Source: Candidatus Binatia bacterium (lineage in GTDB: Bacteria > Desulfobacterota > Binatia > UBA9968 > JAJDTQ01). From it: a stretch of 64,000 nucleotides of DNA. Shown one piece after another: positions 29,710 to 40,026 of this stretch. The translations under genes and the position numbers were made by a program. Numbering within the stretch: the stretch's first letter is position 1; each line of letters begins with the position of its first letter. Below the pieces are notes generated by a model. The model searched no databases. It was not told the origin of the DNA and saw nothing but the letters and a program-made list of their open reading frames with translations. Where the stretch lies: NCBI GenBank assembly GCA_963666515.2, contig OY762897.2:1-64000 (forward strand), read 5' to 3'.

Positions 29710-30348
29710 TCATTCGGCGTCGGGCTGCCGCTCCGGAGCCTGGTCCGCGAAGGCGGGGAGCCGCATGCAGTTGTCGTAGACGCGGCCCAGGGTCGGGTAG
29801 CGGGCCATGTCCACGTCGAAGCGCCTGGAGTTGACGACTTGCGGCACGAGGCAGACATCCGCCAGGGTGGGGTGGTTGCCGAAACAGTGGTCGCCGGCGC
29901 GCGGGTCGTCCTTCAGCATGGCTTCCATGGCGGCGAAGCCGTCGTCGATCCAGCGCCTCGCCCATGCGGCTCTGGCCTCGTCGTCCAGGCCGAGGTCCTT
30001 CTCCAGGTATTGCAGGATGCGCAGGTTGTTGATCGGGTGGACGTCGCAGGCGACGATCTGGGCCAGCGCCCGCACCCAGGCGCGGTCCGCGGTGGCGGAC
30101 GGAAGAAGCGGCGGTTCCGGGAACCGTTCCTCCAGGTACTCGATGATGGCAAGGGACTGCGCGAGCACCGCGCCGTCGTGTTCCAGGGCCGGAACCAGGC
30201 CTTGGGGATTCCGCTCCAGGAACTCCGGCGCCCGCTGCTCGTCGCGGCGCAGGTGGACGGGTTGAAGATCGTAGTCCAGCCCCTTGAGCGACAGCGCGAT
30301 GCGCACCCGGTAGGAGGCGGAGCTCCTGAAGTAGCCGTACAGTTTCAT
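29710..30348 (-). CDS. maiA: Maleylacetoacetate/maleylpyruvate isomerase (GST zeta)
   Basis: YFRSSASYRVRIAL, NPQGLVP, IACDVHP-like IVACDVHPINNL and PERQPDA motifs. Confidence 0.93.
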   Translation of the reverse strand: MKLYGYFRSSASYRVRIALSLKGLDYDLQPVHLRRDEQRAPEFLERNPQGLVPALEHDGAVLAQSLAIIEYLEERFPEPPLLPSATADRAWVRALAQIVACDVHPINNLRILQYLEKDLGLDDEARAAWARRWIDDGFAAMEAMLKDDPRAGDHCFGNHPTLADVCLVPQVVNSRRFDVDMARYPTLGRVYDNCMRLPAFADQAPERQPDAE

Positions 30349-30424
30349 GAATCCTCCGATGCACGGACAGGGGGATTAGATTAACTAGCATCGTTTCCGG
30401 CGGGAATACAGGGAAGCTCCGGCG

Positions 30425-30454
30425 TTGACAGTCCAGGTGGTTTGCTCCTATTCT
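30425..30454 (+). promoter_or_regulatory. Putative sigma70 promoter
   Basis: TTGACA-18 bp-TATTCT upstream of the amidohydrolase. Confidence 0.4.
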
Positions 30455-30492
30455 CGGCGGGACCGTTCGGGGAACCCGTGGGAGGAAAGTCA

Positions 30493-31599
30493 ATGAAGAA
30501 GATCGATGTCGTCGACGCGGACTCGCACGTCATGGAGGTGCGGGAGACGTGGGACCATCTGGACGAGGAGTTTCAGCACCGAAGGCCGGTGGTGGTGCAG
30601 GGCGAGGGGCTGGCCACCCATTCCCACATCGACGCGTGGTGGCTCATCGACGGCCAGATACATCCCCGCCTGTGGGGTAAGGGCACGACCTTCAGCGGCA
30701 CCCCGCTGGAGATGAAGTTCGCTCGGGACAAGACCTTCAACCTCGGCAGTCAGGGCATGACGGACATCGACGCCCGCATCCGGGACCTGGACGCCTTCGG
30801 CATCGACATCCAGGTGATCTTCTCGTCCATCCTGTTCCATCGCCTCACCGAGGACCCCCGTTTCGAGGCCGCGTTGATGCGCAGCTACAACACCTGGATA
30901 TCGCAACGGTGCGGCGAGCGGCCGGACCGGCTGAAGTGGGCGGCGGTGATTCCCATGCGGGACCGGGACGCCTGTGTCGCCGAGGTCCATCGCGCCCGGG
31001 AGCTGGGCGCGGTGGGTCTGATGATCGGCGGCACCGCCGGGCAGACCCTGCTGCACCACCCCGACCTGTCGCCGTTCTATGCCGCCGCCTGCGAGGTGGA
31101 CCTGCCGGTGTGCATCCACACGGGATGGAGCGCCCCAGGCCTCACGCAGACCTGCGAAGACCCCTACGCGGCGTTGATCCTGAGCTTCACGCTGCCGGTG
31201 CTGATGGGTTTCTTCAGCATCCTCGGCGGCGGCGTGCTGGACCGCTTCCCGAAGCTCCGGGTGGCGTTTCTGGAGGCGGGTGCGGAATGGATACCCTACA
31301 TGGTGGGGCGGATGGACCACTACCACCCGGTGGTGGCCATGCTCGGCAACCGCTCGAAGAAGCTGCCCAGCGAGTATCTCAAGGAAGGCCGGGTCTACGT
31401 GACCTGCGAAGCGGAGGAGCCGCTCCTGCCCCAGGTCATCGACTTGGTGGGGGAGGACCAGATCCTCATCGAGGGCGACATCCCTCACGCCGAGGCGCGG
31501 GAGACGGGCATCGAGGAGTTGCGTGAACGCGCCGACATCCCGGAAGCGGTGAAGCAGAAGATCCTGCGCGAGAACGGGCTCGCCTTCTACAACCTGTAG
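30493..31599 (+). CDS. Amidohydrolase_2-family protein
   Basis: DADSH, CIHTG, FLEAGAEW and GDIPH motifs. Confidence 0.88.
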   Translation: MKKIDVVDADSHVMEVRETWDHLDEEFQHRRPVVVQGEGLATHSHIDAWWLIDGQIHPRLWGKGTTFSGTPLEMKFARDKTFNLGSQGMTDIDARIRDLDAFGIDIQVIFSSILFHRLTEDPRFEAALMRSYNTWISQRCGERPDRLKWAAVIPMRDRDACVAEVHRARELGAVGLMIGGTAGQTLLHHPDLSPFYAAACEVDLPVCIHTGWSAPGLTQTCEDPYAALILSFTLPVLMGFFSILGGGVLDRFPKLRVAFLEAGAEWIPYMVGRMDHYHPVVAMLGNRSKKLPSEYLKEGRVYVTCEAEEPLLPQVIDLVGEDQILIEGDIPHAEARETGIEELRERADIPEAVKQKILRENGLAFYNL

Positions 31600-31617
31600 A
31601 CAATCGTCACGGCCGGC

Positions 31618-33501
31618 TCAATCGTTCGACGGCAGGCCGTACTTCCTGAGCTTCCGGTAGAGTGTCGCACGACTGATCTTCAGGGTTCGCGCGGCCTCCG
31701 CCACGTTGTGGCCCGTGAGCGCCAGCGCGTGGGCCATGGCCTCGCGCTCCGTCTCTTCCAGCGACAGGACCTTGCCGGTCTCGGACGGCGCCCCCGGCCC
31801 GGCGCCGAGCGGCGAGAGGTGCGGCGGCAGGTTGTGGACCTGCAGCACGTCCGAGGTCTCCAGCAGGACGGCGCGCTCGACGGCGCTTTCCAGCTCGCGC
31901 ACGTTGCCGGGCCAGTCGTACTGCAGGAAGAGGCGCAACGTCGCGTGGGAAAGGCCGCCAATGGTTTTTTCGGCGCGTTCGGCGTGTTTCTCGAGAAAAT
32001 GCTCCGCCAGCAGGGGAATGTCTTCCCGGCGTTGTCTCAGCGGCGGAATCACGATGGGGAAGACCGCCAGGCGAAAGTAGAGGTCCTGGCGGAAAGCGCC
32101 CGCCCGGACCGCCTCCTCCAGGTCCTTGTTGGTGGCGGCAATCACCCGCACGTCCACCGGCCGGGTTTCGTTTCCGCCGAGCCGCTGGATATCCTTCTCC
32201 TGCAGCACCCGCAACAGGCTGGCCTGGAGAGCCGGTTGCATGTCGCCGATCTCGTCCAGGAAGATCGTTCCCCCATGGGCGCGCTCGAAGGCTCCGGCGC
32301 GCTGTTGCGTCGCGCCCGTGAAGGCCCCTCTTTCGTGGCCGAACAGCTCGCTTTCGATCAGGGCCTCGGGAAGGGCCGCGCAATTGATGGCCACGAACGG
32401 TCCGGTCTTGCGCTGGCTGTCGAAGTGGAGCGACTTGGCCAGCAGTTCCTTGCCGGTGCCGCTCTCGCCCCGAACGAGCACGGTGACGTCGCTTTCGGCC
32501 CCCAGCTTCATCAAGCCGTACACCTGCTTCATGTGAGGGCTGCTTCCGACGATGCCGGCAAACGAATAGGTCGTCTCCAGCTCGCTGCGCAAGCGCAGCA
32601 CTTCCGCTTTCATCCGCTCGACTTCGATCTCCTTGGACACGTCCCGGTACACGATCAGGTTGCCGATCACGTCTTCTCCCCCGTCGTGTACCGGCGCGGT
32701 GGAGCGATAGAACAGCCGGCTGCTCGACAGCTCGCCGGCGGTGGTTTCGTCCACCACCTCGCCCTGCTCCCCGAACAGGAACTTTCCTTCCTGGTCCGCG
32801 AGACCGGCTTTCCCGAACCGCTCCATGAGCGCGTCCTGCGAGATCTCGTTCAATTCGTCGTCCGCCACGTCGAACAGGGTCTTGAACCCATGGTTGGCAA
32901 ACACCAGGCGTCCGGCGGCATCGTACATGGCCATGGCGTCGGCCGTGGCGTTGAGCACGGCCTCCAGCCGCTGGTGGCTGTCGGTGAGCTGGCGCCGGTT
33001 CTCGTTCAACGCCTGTTCCACGTTCCACTTGCCGACCAGGGACAGCGTCATCTGCTGGATCTCCTCGCGCGTGAAAGGCTTTCGGATATAGAGGGTCTTG
33101 TGCACGAGTTCCATGTCGTCGAGAATTTCCGGCAACGACCTGTCCGTGTACGCGGTCATGATGACGACCTCGATGTCGCGGTCGATCTGTCTCACCCGGC
33201 GGACCGTTTCAATGCCGTCGATGCCCGGCGGCATTCGGATGTCGATGTAGGCCACGGCAATGGGACGGTTCGATTCCTTTGCCGTCCGGATCATCCCGCA
33301 GGCTTCATCTCCACTGGCGGCGTGCGCAAGCTCGAAATCCGGCAGAAACCGGTTGTCGGTGTCCTTGACGAAGGCCGCGGCCAGTTCGTCCGTCGACCGC
33401 TGTGGCAGTTTGGGGCACAGCATTTCCACGAAGTCGTCGTGGATCTCCGTCTGGTCATCGACGATCAGTACGCGATGGTTCTCCTGCTCCTTGAGTTCCA
33501 T
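31618..33501 (-). CDS. Sigma54-dependent activator (REC-PAS-AAA+-Fis HTH)
   Basis: IDIRMPPG receiver; [23 protein letters not shown] and [10 protein letters not shown] motifs. Confidence 0.93.
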   Translation of the reverse strand: MELKEQENHRVLIVDDQTEIHDDFVEMLCPKLPQRSTDELAAAFVKDTDNRFLPDFELAHAASGDEACGMIRTAKESNRPIAVAYIDIRMPPGIDGIETVRRVRQIDRDIEVVIMTAYTDRSLPEILDDMELVHKTLYIRKPFTREEIQQMTLSLVGKWNVEQALNENRRQLTDSHQRLEAVLNATADAMAMYDAAGRLVFANHGFKTLFDVADDELNEISQDALMERFGKAGLADQEGKFLFGEQGEVVDETTAGELSSSRLFYRSTAPVHDGGEDVIGNLIVYRDVSKEIEVERMKAEVLRLRSELETTYSFAGIVGSSPHMKQVYGLMKLGAESDVTVLVRGESGTGKELLAKSLHFDSQRKTGPFVAINCAALPEALIESELFGHERGAFTGATQQRAGAFERAHGGTIFLDEIGDMQPALQASLLRVLQEKDIQRLGGNETRPVDVRVIAATNKDLEEAVRAGAFRQDLYFRLAVFPIVIPPLRQRREDIPLLAEHFLEKHAERAEKTIGGLSHATLRLFLQYDWPGNVRELESAVERAVLLETSDVLQVHNLPPHLSPLGAGPGAPSETGKVLSLEETEREAMAHALALTGHNVAEAARTLKISRATLYRKLRKYGLPSND

Positions 33502-33525
33502 GGACCATCCCTTCGTAAGGATACG

Positions 33526-36500
33526 TTACGTGGGCTTGTATTCGGGTTCCTTGACGGGCGTGACGGACGAGAGCCGCAGCATGACGCGCATGGTCGCTCC
33601 ATGGCCGATGCCGTCGCTCAGCGGATGGATCTGGCCGCCGGAGCCGACCACGAAATTGGCGGTGGAATGGAGGCCGAGCCCGCTGCCCTGTTTCTTCGTG
33701 GTGTAGCCTGCGGCAAAGATCAGCCTGGACGTCTTCGTGTCGATGCCGATGCCGTTGTCGCTTACGTCGAGGTTGAGAAAATCCCCCTCGACGTAGGCTC
33801 GAATGCCGACGCGCGGGGCTTCCGCAAGTTCGCCCGAGGCCGCGCGCTCGTCGATGGCTTCGATGGAGTTCTTGACCAGGTTCACCAGCATCTGATTGAA
33901 CCGACTCTCCTGGACGCGGATTTCCTGCGGCGCTTTTTCGCAGTCGACGGCGACGGCGATGCCTCTCTTGTCCAGGGACTCCTGCAGCACCTTGACGGCG
34001 TCCGAGAGCGCGTCGGGAAGGGAGATGTCTTTCCGGTCCATGCTGGAGTTGCCGAGGGCCTTCTGGCTGCGGACGATGTCGGTGATGTGCTTCGCGCGTT
34101 CGCTGACGCGCTCGACGGTCTTGATCAAGTCCGCGTTGTCTTGTGCAAAGTCGTCTGCCAGGGCGATGATGAACGGCGCCACCTGCCGGCCTTGCGGGTC
34201 GTTCAGGACGTAGTCGCTCCAGTCGTCCTGATGGGCCTTGACCGCGCCGGCGAGCGCGGAAAAGCGGTTTATCAGCCTGCTCTCCGCCATGCTCCGTTGC
34301 ACCGTGTCGACGCCGATGGTGACGCTGTTGATGGCGTTGCCGATGTTGTGGAGGATGGTTTCGACGATCTCCAGCCGCCCTTGCGCGAACGCACGGGTCA
34401 GCGCTTCGTCGGCGATGACCTGCTCGGTGACGTCGCGAGAGATGATCACGCCGCGCCGGGTCTCGCCGGAATCGGTACGCAGCGGCCGCGCGCTGACGCG
34501 GATGTAGACGCCGCCCTGTCCCGTCCGGCTGGGTATGAATACATCCTCGTCGTCAACGGCCTCGCCGTTGAAAATGGCCCGGGGCATGGGGAGGTCTTCG
34601 TTCTTGATGGGGGTCACCCGGTCGGGGTAGTAGAACTGCACGGGCTTTTCCGCCCAGGAGCCCGTCCGCCTTTCCTCGCCGAAGGTCTGTACGGCCTCGG
34701 GGTTCATGTAAAGGAACTCTCCGTCGGCGTCGGCCACGATCACGCCGTTGCTGATGCTGTTGAAGACGGTTTCCAGCAGTTGGGTCTTTTCGCGCAATTC
34801 ATCGATGGTTTGTTTCAGTTCGGCTTCCGTCCGTTTGATCTCCGTGATGTCCCGAAAGACCACGACGCCGCCTCTCGTCCCGCTCTCGGCGACCTCCAGG
34901 GGCCTGCCGCTGACGCTGAGGTAGGCGCCCTCCGGGTTCTTCGGACCATGCACGAACATCTCGACGTCGTTGACCTCCTCGCCTCGGATGGCGCGCTGGA
35001 GCGGCAGATCGTTCAGTTGATAAGGGGTTTCCCCGTCGGGCATGTAGAGGCCGTATGCCTTGGCGCGTTCCATCGGATCCATGTGGAACATTCCGGAATC
35101 GCGGAAGCGCTCTTCTGCGCGTGGATTCATGAGCAACAGGCGGCCGGTCGTGTCGGCGACGATGACGCCTTCGGCCATGCTTTCGAAAACGGCCTTCATG
35201 AGCTGTGTCTGGCGTTGCAACTCGTCCGTGGTATGGCCCAGCTTGGCCGCTGTCTCCCTGTCCACGGTGAGGTCGCGGAAAATGATGATGCCGGCCACCA
35301 CCTCGGTCCCGTCGTTGCCCAATATCGGCAGCGCGCGGCAGTCGATATAGGTTCCCGTGGGGTTTTTGCTGTTGCAGATGAAAAATTCCATTTCATCGGT
35401 GGTCTCGCCGCGCAGCGCGCGCACCATCGGAAGCCGTTCGAACGGGACCGGTGTCTTGACATCGGGATAGAACACCCCGTACGTGCTGGCCCAATCGGCC
35501 GGTTCCGGGGCCACGAGCCGCCTGCCGAAGATCCGTTCCGCAACCTTGTTGCCGAACACGACCCCACCTTGCGGGTCGGCGACGATCAAACCCTCGCTGA
35601 TGTTGTCGCAGATGGATTCCATGAGTTCGACGCGGTAGCGCAGCTTGTCGAGGACACGTTCCGGCGTGGACTCCGACTCGCCGTTCCCGGCAACGTCCGG
35701 CGCCCGTGTTTCCCCGTCCCCGGTGAGGTCCTGGACGATGGCCACGCCCGCCCTGACCCTTTCGCCGGCGTCGTCCCGCAAGGTCCGCCCGCGGACCCGG
35801 ATCGCCGTCCCGGCAGGGTTGTTCCGATTGTGCACGAACAGTTCCATGTGTTCCGTGTCCTCGCCGCTGACGGCGCGTACGAGCGGAAGCCGGTGAACGG
35901 GAACCTGTGTCCGTCGGTCCGGATAGAAGAGGCCGTAGGCCTTGGCTCTTTCGCTCACGTTCACGTTCAGGACGTCGGAGCCGTAGATGTGCCGGGCGCT
36001 CCGATTCATGTACACGAGGCGGTTGGTTGGATCGGAGACGAGAACGCCGTCGTCGATGTTGTCGAGGACGTATTCCATAAGGTAGTTCCGATCGCTCAAC
36101 TCGTTGACGTTCTGTTCCAGTCTGGCTTCCGCTTCCTTGGACCGGGTGGCGTCGTGAAAGACCACCACGCCCGCGCTCACGCCGTTGCCGTTGCCCTTGA
36201 TGGGTCTGCCGCTGACCCGGAGCAGTCGGCCTTCCGTCTGGCCCTGATTGTACGAGAAGACCTCGACGTCGTCGGTGGACTCGCCGGAGACCGCACGCGA
36301 GAGCGGCAGATCGGCCCTTGGAAACGGCGTGACCCGGTCCGCCATGAACAGTTTGTGCAGTCGGGATCCCCGACTCTGCCCCGTGCCCGGCAGATAGGTT
36401 CCCAGTATTCGTTGCGCGCTCGAATTGTAAACCAGGTACTTGCCGTCGGAGTCGGCGGCGATGACGCCCGCGCTGAGGCTGTCGAGGACACGTTCCAGGA

Positions 36501-36942
36501 CGTTGGCCTCCTGCCGTCGTTGTTCGGCGGTCTGCTCCAGCGCGCGCTCGGTCTCGCGGTGCCGGCGCTCACTCTCGTGCAGGGAAAGGGCGGTCTGGAG
36601 GCTCAGGTGCAGTTGCCGCTCGTTGAACGGCTTCACCACGTAACCGAACGGACGGGTCGTCGCGGTCCGCTGCAACGGATATTCCTCGACGCCGTTGGTG
36701 AGGTAGACCACGGGGACGTCGAGGCGGCCGCCGATCCGGTCGGCCACCTCGACGGCCTCGTCATCCCCCCGGAGTCCCAAGTCGATCAGCGCCAGATCGG
36801 GACGTCTGTCAGCCGCCTCTTCCAGGGCCTTTTGCCCGGACGACACCCGGGCGCACACCGTATAGCCCAGGCCCGTCAGGCACTGTTCGAGGCCGGTGGT
36901 GGAATCATCGTTTCCGACAATCAGTATGCTTGCGCCGGTCAT
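33526..36942 (-). CDS. Cytoplasmic REC-5xPAS histidine kinase
   Basis: N-terminal REC; five PAS repeats; H-box LHNIGN, N-box NLVKNS, DNGIG and GSGLGL. Confidence 0.9.
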   Translation of the reverse strand: MTGASILIVGNDDSTTGLEQCLTGLGYTVCARVSSGQKALEEAADRRPDLALIDLGLRGDDEAVEVADRIGGRLDVPVVYLTNGVEEYPLQRTATTRPFGYVVKPFNERQLHLSLQTALSLHESERRHRETERALEQTAEQRRQEANVLERVLDSLSAGVIAADSDGKYLVYNSSAQRILGTYLPGTGQSRGSRLHKLFMADRVTPFPRADLPLSRAVSGESTDDVEVFSYNQGQTEGRLLRVSGRPIKGNGNGVSAGVVVFHDATRSKEAEARLEQNVNELSDRNYLMEYVLDNIDDGVLVSDPTNRLVYMNRSARHIYGSDVLNVNVSERAKAYGLFYPDRRTQVPVHRLPLVRAVSGEDTEHMELFVHNRNNPAGTAIRVRGRTLRDDAGERVRAGVAIVQDLTGDGETRAPDVAGNGESESTPERVLDKLRYRVELMESICDNISEGLIVADPQGGVVFGNKVAERIFGRRLVAPEPADWASTYGVFYPDVKTPVPFERLPMVRALRGETTDEMEFFICNSKNPTGTYIDCRALPILGNDGTEVVAGIIIFRDLTVDRETAAKLGHTTDELQRQTQLMKAVFESMAEGVIVADTTGRLLLMNPRAEERFRDSGMFHMDPMERAKAYGLYMPDGETPYQLNDLPLQRAIRGEEVNDVEMFVHGPKNPEGAYLSVSGRPLEVAESGTRGGVVVFRDITEIKRTEAELKQTIDELREKTQLLETVFNSISNGVIVADADGEFLYMNPEAVQTFGEERRTGSWAEKPVQFYYPDRVTPIKNEDLPMPRAIFNGEAVDDEDVFIPSRTGQGGVYIRVSARPLRTDSGETRRGVIISRDVTEQVIADEALTRAFAQGRLEIVETILHNIGNAINSVTIGVDTVQRSMAESRLINRFSALAGAVKAHQDDWSDYVLNDPQGRQVAPFIIALADDFAQDNADLIKTVERVSERAKHITDIVRSQKALGNSSMDRKDISLPDALSDAVKVLQESLDKRGIAVAVDCEKAPQEIRVQESRFNQMLVNLVKNSIEAIDERAASGELAEAPRVGIRAYVEGDFLNLDVSDNGIGIDTKTSRLIFAAGYTTKKQGSGLGLHSTANFVVGSGGQIHPLSDGIGHGATMRVMLRLSSVTPVKEPEYKPT
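33553..34650. repeat. Copy 1 of a ~1.1 kb duplicated kinase-core segment
   Basis: Near-identical to 36984-38081 (offset 3431). Confidence 0.85.
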
Positions 36943-39900
36943 CGCGCTCGCTTTCCTCTTGGAGAATCGGGGGCGAGTTCCTCGACGGGCGTGACGGACG
37001 AGAGCCGCAGCATGACGCGCATGGTCGCTCCATGGCCGATGCCGTCGCTCAGCGGATGGATCTGGCCGCCGGAGCCGACGACGAAATTGGCGGTGGAATG
37101 GAGGCCGAGCCCGCTGCCCTGTTTCTTGGTGGTGTAACCCGCGGCAAAGATCAACCTGGACGTCTTCGTGTCGATGCCGATGCCGTTGTCGCTTACGTCG
37201 AGGTTGAGGAAATCCCCCTCGACGTAGGCTCGAATGCCGATGCGCGGCGCTTCCGCGGGTCCGCCCGAGGCGGCGCGGTCGTCGATGGCTTCGATGGAGT
37301 TCTTGACGAGGTTCACCAGCATCTGGTGAAACGGACTCTCCTGGACACGGATTTCCTGCGGCGCGTTTTCGCAGTCGACGGCCACGCTGATGCCTCTCCT
37401 GTCCAGGGATTCCTGCAGGACCTTGACGGCGTCCGAGAGCGCGTCGGGAAGGGAGATGTCCTTCCGGTCCATGCTGGAGTTGCCGAGGGCCTTCTGGGTA
37501 CGGACGATGTCGGTGATGTGCTTCGTGCGCTCGCGGACGCGCTCGACGGTCTTGATCAAGTCCGCGTTGTCTCGCGCAAAGTCGTCGGCGAGGGCGATGA
37601 TGAACGGCGCCACCTGCCGGCCTTGCGGGTCGTTCAGGACGTAGTCGCTCCAGTCGTCCTGATGGGCCCTGACCGCGTCGGCGAGCGCGGAAAGGCGGTG
37701 TATCAGCCTGCTCTCCGCCATGCTCCGTTGCACCGTGTCGATGCCGATGGTGACGCTGTTGATGGCGTTGCCGATGTTGTGGAGGATGGTGTCGAGGATT
37801 TCCAGCCGCCCTTGCGCGAACGCCCGGGTCAGCGCTTCGTCGGCCATGACCTGCTCGGTCACGTCGCGAAAGACGACGACGCCCCGGTGGACCCCGCCGG
37901 CGTCGGCACGGAGCCGTCGCGAGCTTACCCGGATGTACACGCCGTCTTCCGCCTGGCCGGGTACGAAGATGTCCTCGTCGTCTACGGCTTCGTCGTTGAA
38001 AATGGCCCGGGGCATGGGCAGGTCTTCGTTCTTGATGGGCGTCACCCGATCCGGGTAGAAGAACTGCCCGGGCTTGTCCGCCCAGCGACCCTCACGCCGG
38101 GCGGAGTAGGCTTCGACGATCCGTTCGGCCCAGGGGTTCATGTACAGGTACTGCCCGTTGGCGTCGGCGACGATGATGCCTTCGTTGACGCTGTTGAAAG
38201 TGGTTTCCATCAGATCGTTCTGATCCTGCAACTCCGTCATCGTCTGGCGCAACTGCTCCTCCGCCCGCTTGCGGTCGGTGATGTCCTGGAAAACCACGAC
38301 GCCGCCGCCGGGGCCGCCGGTTCCCCCGCTCAGGGGTTGCCCGCTTACCCGGAGGTAGACCCCGTCGGGTTTCTTCTCGTTGCGGATGAACACCTCCATG
38401 GCTTCCACGGCTTGGCCTTGTACGGCGCGCACGAGCGGAATCTCTTCGGTGGGGACGCGGGTTTTCTCGTCCGGGTAGAAGATGCCGTAGGCATCCGTCC
38501 ACGCCTCCGGCGGCTGGTCCACCATGCCGACGCCGACGATGCGTTCGGCGCCGGGATTGAACAGCATGAATTTCGCCTCGGCGTCGGCCACGATCACGCC
38601 GTCACTGATGCTGTTGAATACGGTTTCCATGAGATGGGCCTGTTCCTGGGCTTCTCGCAGCGCTTGCGCCAGCTTGTCTTCCGCCACCTTCTGCTCGGTC
38701 ATGTCGTGAACGACGCTCACGGCGCCGACGATCTCTCGACCGTCTTCGCTGTATAGCGGCCGCGCGCTGGCGCTGATGTACCTTCCGGCCGGGATGTTGT
38801 CATTGCGCACGAAGAAGTCGAGCTTGCCCGTTTCTTCCCCCTGCAAGGCGCGCCAGAGCGGGATTTCTTCGGTCTGAACGAGCGTTTCCCGGTCCGTGTG
38901 GAACATGCCGTACGTTTCCGCCCATAGACCGGGGTCGACATCCTGGACCTCCATTTTGAAGATGTCCTTGACGCCCCGGTTGACGAGCAGCAATCGGCCG
39001 TCCTTGTTGGCGACGACGACGCCGTCGTTCATGTTTTCGAACACGGTCTCCATGAGCTCGGTCTGCTGACGCAACTCGTCGATGGTCCGTTTCAGGTCCG
39101 CTTCCGCCCGCTTGATCTCGGTGATGTCGCGAAAGACCACCACGCCGCCGTTCCTGCCGGTGGCGTCGAGGCTCAGCGGTTTGCCGCTGGCGCTGACGTA
39201 CATCCCTTCCGGTTTTGCCTGGTTGCAGATGAGCATCTCGACGTCGGTGGTCTCTTCACCGCGGATGGCGCGCTGGAGTGGAAGCTCATCCGGCGAGAAC
39301 AGCCCCGACCCGTCGGGGTGGTAGAATCCGAATCGCGCCGGGCGCTTGGTGATGTCGTTGTTCGGTATGTTGTCGTAGGTGACCTTCAGCGTCGTCGCAT
39401 TGGCCATCAGGTATTTGCCGTTTTCGTCGGTGGCGAAGACGCCGTCGCTGATGCTGTCGAAGACGACGTTCGTGAGGTCGATCTGGCGTTGCAGTTTGGC
39501 GATGGTGCTTTCCAGGTTGAATTCGGTGCGCTTGAGCCGGGTGATGTCGCGAAAGACGAGGATGCCGCCTCTCTCGCCGTTCTCGTCGATCTCGATAGGC
39601 CGGCCGCTGACACCGAGATAGAGACCTTCCGGGTTCAATCGATTGCGTACGTGCACCTCGACGTCGGTGATCTCCTCACCGTGGAGCACGCGCTCGATCG
39701 GCAGCTCATCCAGCGCATGGGGGTTTTCGCTGTCGAGCTTGAAGAGATCGTACGCGCTGACCGGTTCGCCATTTTCCACGTCGGACGCCCCGAAGATGTC
39801 TTCCGCGATCGGGTTCATGAACAACAGGCGGCCGGCCGCGTCGATGACGGCGACTCCCTCGCTCATGCTTTCGAAAACGGCCGTCATGAGCCGGATCTGG

Positions 39901-39977
39901 CGGTTCAATTCGCCGGTGGTGTCGCCCGGTCGGGATTCCGCGTCCCTTTCGCCGATCAGTGTCCTTGCGTTTGTCAT
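36939..39977 (-). CDS. Cytoplasmic 5xPAS histidine kinase (paralog)
   Basis: Start MTNART; five PAS repeats; same kinase boxes; ATGA overlap with the downstream kinase. Confidence 0.9.
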   Translation of the reverse strand: MTNARTLIGERDAESRPGDTTGELNRQIRLMTAVFESMSEGVAVIDAAGRLLFMNPIAEDIFGASDVENGEPVSAYDLFKLDSENPHALDELPIERVLHGEEITDVEVHVRNRLNPEGLYLGVSGRPIEIDENGERGGILVFRDITRLKRTEFNLESTIAKLQRQIDLTNVVFDSISDGVFATDENGKYLMANATTLKVTYDNIPNNDITKRPARFGFYHPDGSGLFSPDELPLQRAIRGEETTDVEMLICNQAKPEGMYVSASGKPLSLDATGRNGGVVVFRDITEIKRAEADLKRTIDELRQQTELMETVFENMNDGVVVANKDGRLLLVNRGVKDIFKMEVQDVDPGLWAETYGMFHTDRETLVQTEEIPLWRALQGEETGKLDFFVRNDNIPAGRYISASARPLYSEDGREIVGAVSVVHDMTEQKVAEDKLAQALREAQEQAHLMETVFNSISDGVIVADAEAKFMLFNPGAERIVGVGMVDQPPEAWTDAYGIFYPDEKTRVPTEEIPLVRAVQGQAVEAMEVFIRNEKKPDGVYLRVSGQPLSGGTGGPGGGVVVFQDITDRKRAEEQLRQTMTELQDQNDLMETTFNSVNEGIIVADANGQYLYMNPWAERIVEAYSARREGRWADKPGQFFYPDRVTPIKNEDLPMPRAIFNDEAVDDEDIFVPGQAEDGVYIRVSSRRLRADAGGVHRGVVVFRDVTEQVMADEALTRAFAQGRLEILDTILHNIGNAINSVTIGIDTVQRSMAESRLIHRLSALADAVRAHQDDWSDYVLNDPQGRQVAPFIIALADDFARDNADLIKTVERVRERTKHITDIVRTQKALGNSSMDRKDISLPDALSDAVKVLQESLDRRGISVAVDCENAPQEIRVQESPFHQMLVNLVKNSIEAIDDRAASGGPAEAPRIGIRAYVEGDFLNLDVSDNGIGIDTKTSRLIFAAGYTTKKQGSGLGLHSTANFVVGSGGQIHPLSDGIGHGATMRVMLRLSSVTPVEELAPDSPRGKRAR
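36984..38081. repeat. Copy 2 of the duplicated kinase-core segment
   Basis: Near-identical to 33553-34650. Confidence 0.85.
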
Positions 39978-40026
39978 CGGGTTCACATCCTTCGTCGAGA
40001 AAACGCACCGAAAACTCCCCGGCTGC

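Noticed and set aside
31708-37137. 1809-aa plus-strand ORF
   Set aside because: Antisense shadow of the well-supported kinase and sigma54 activator genes in high-GC DNA; no recognisable motifs.
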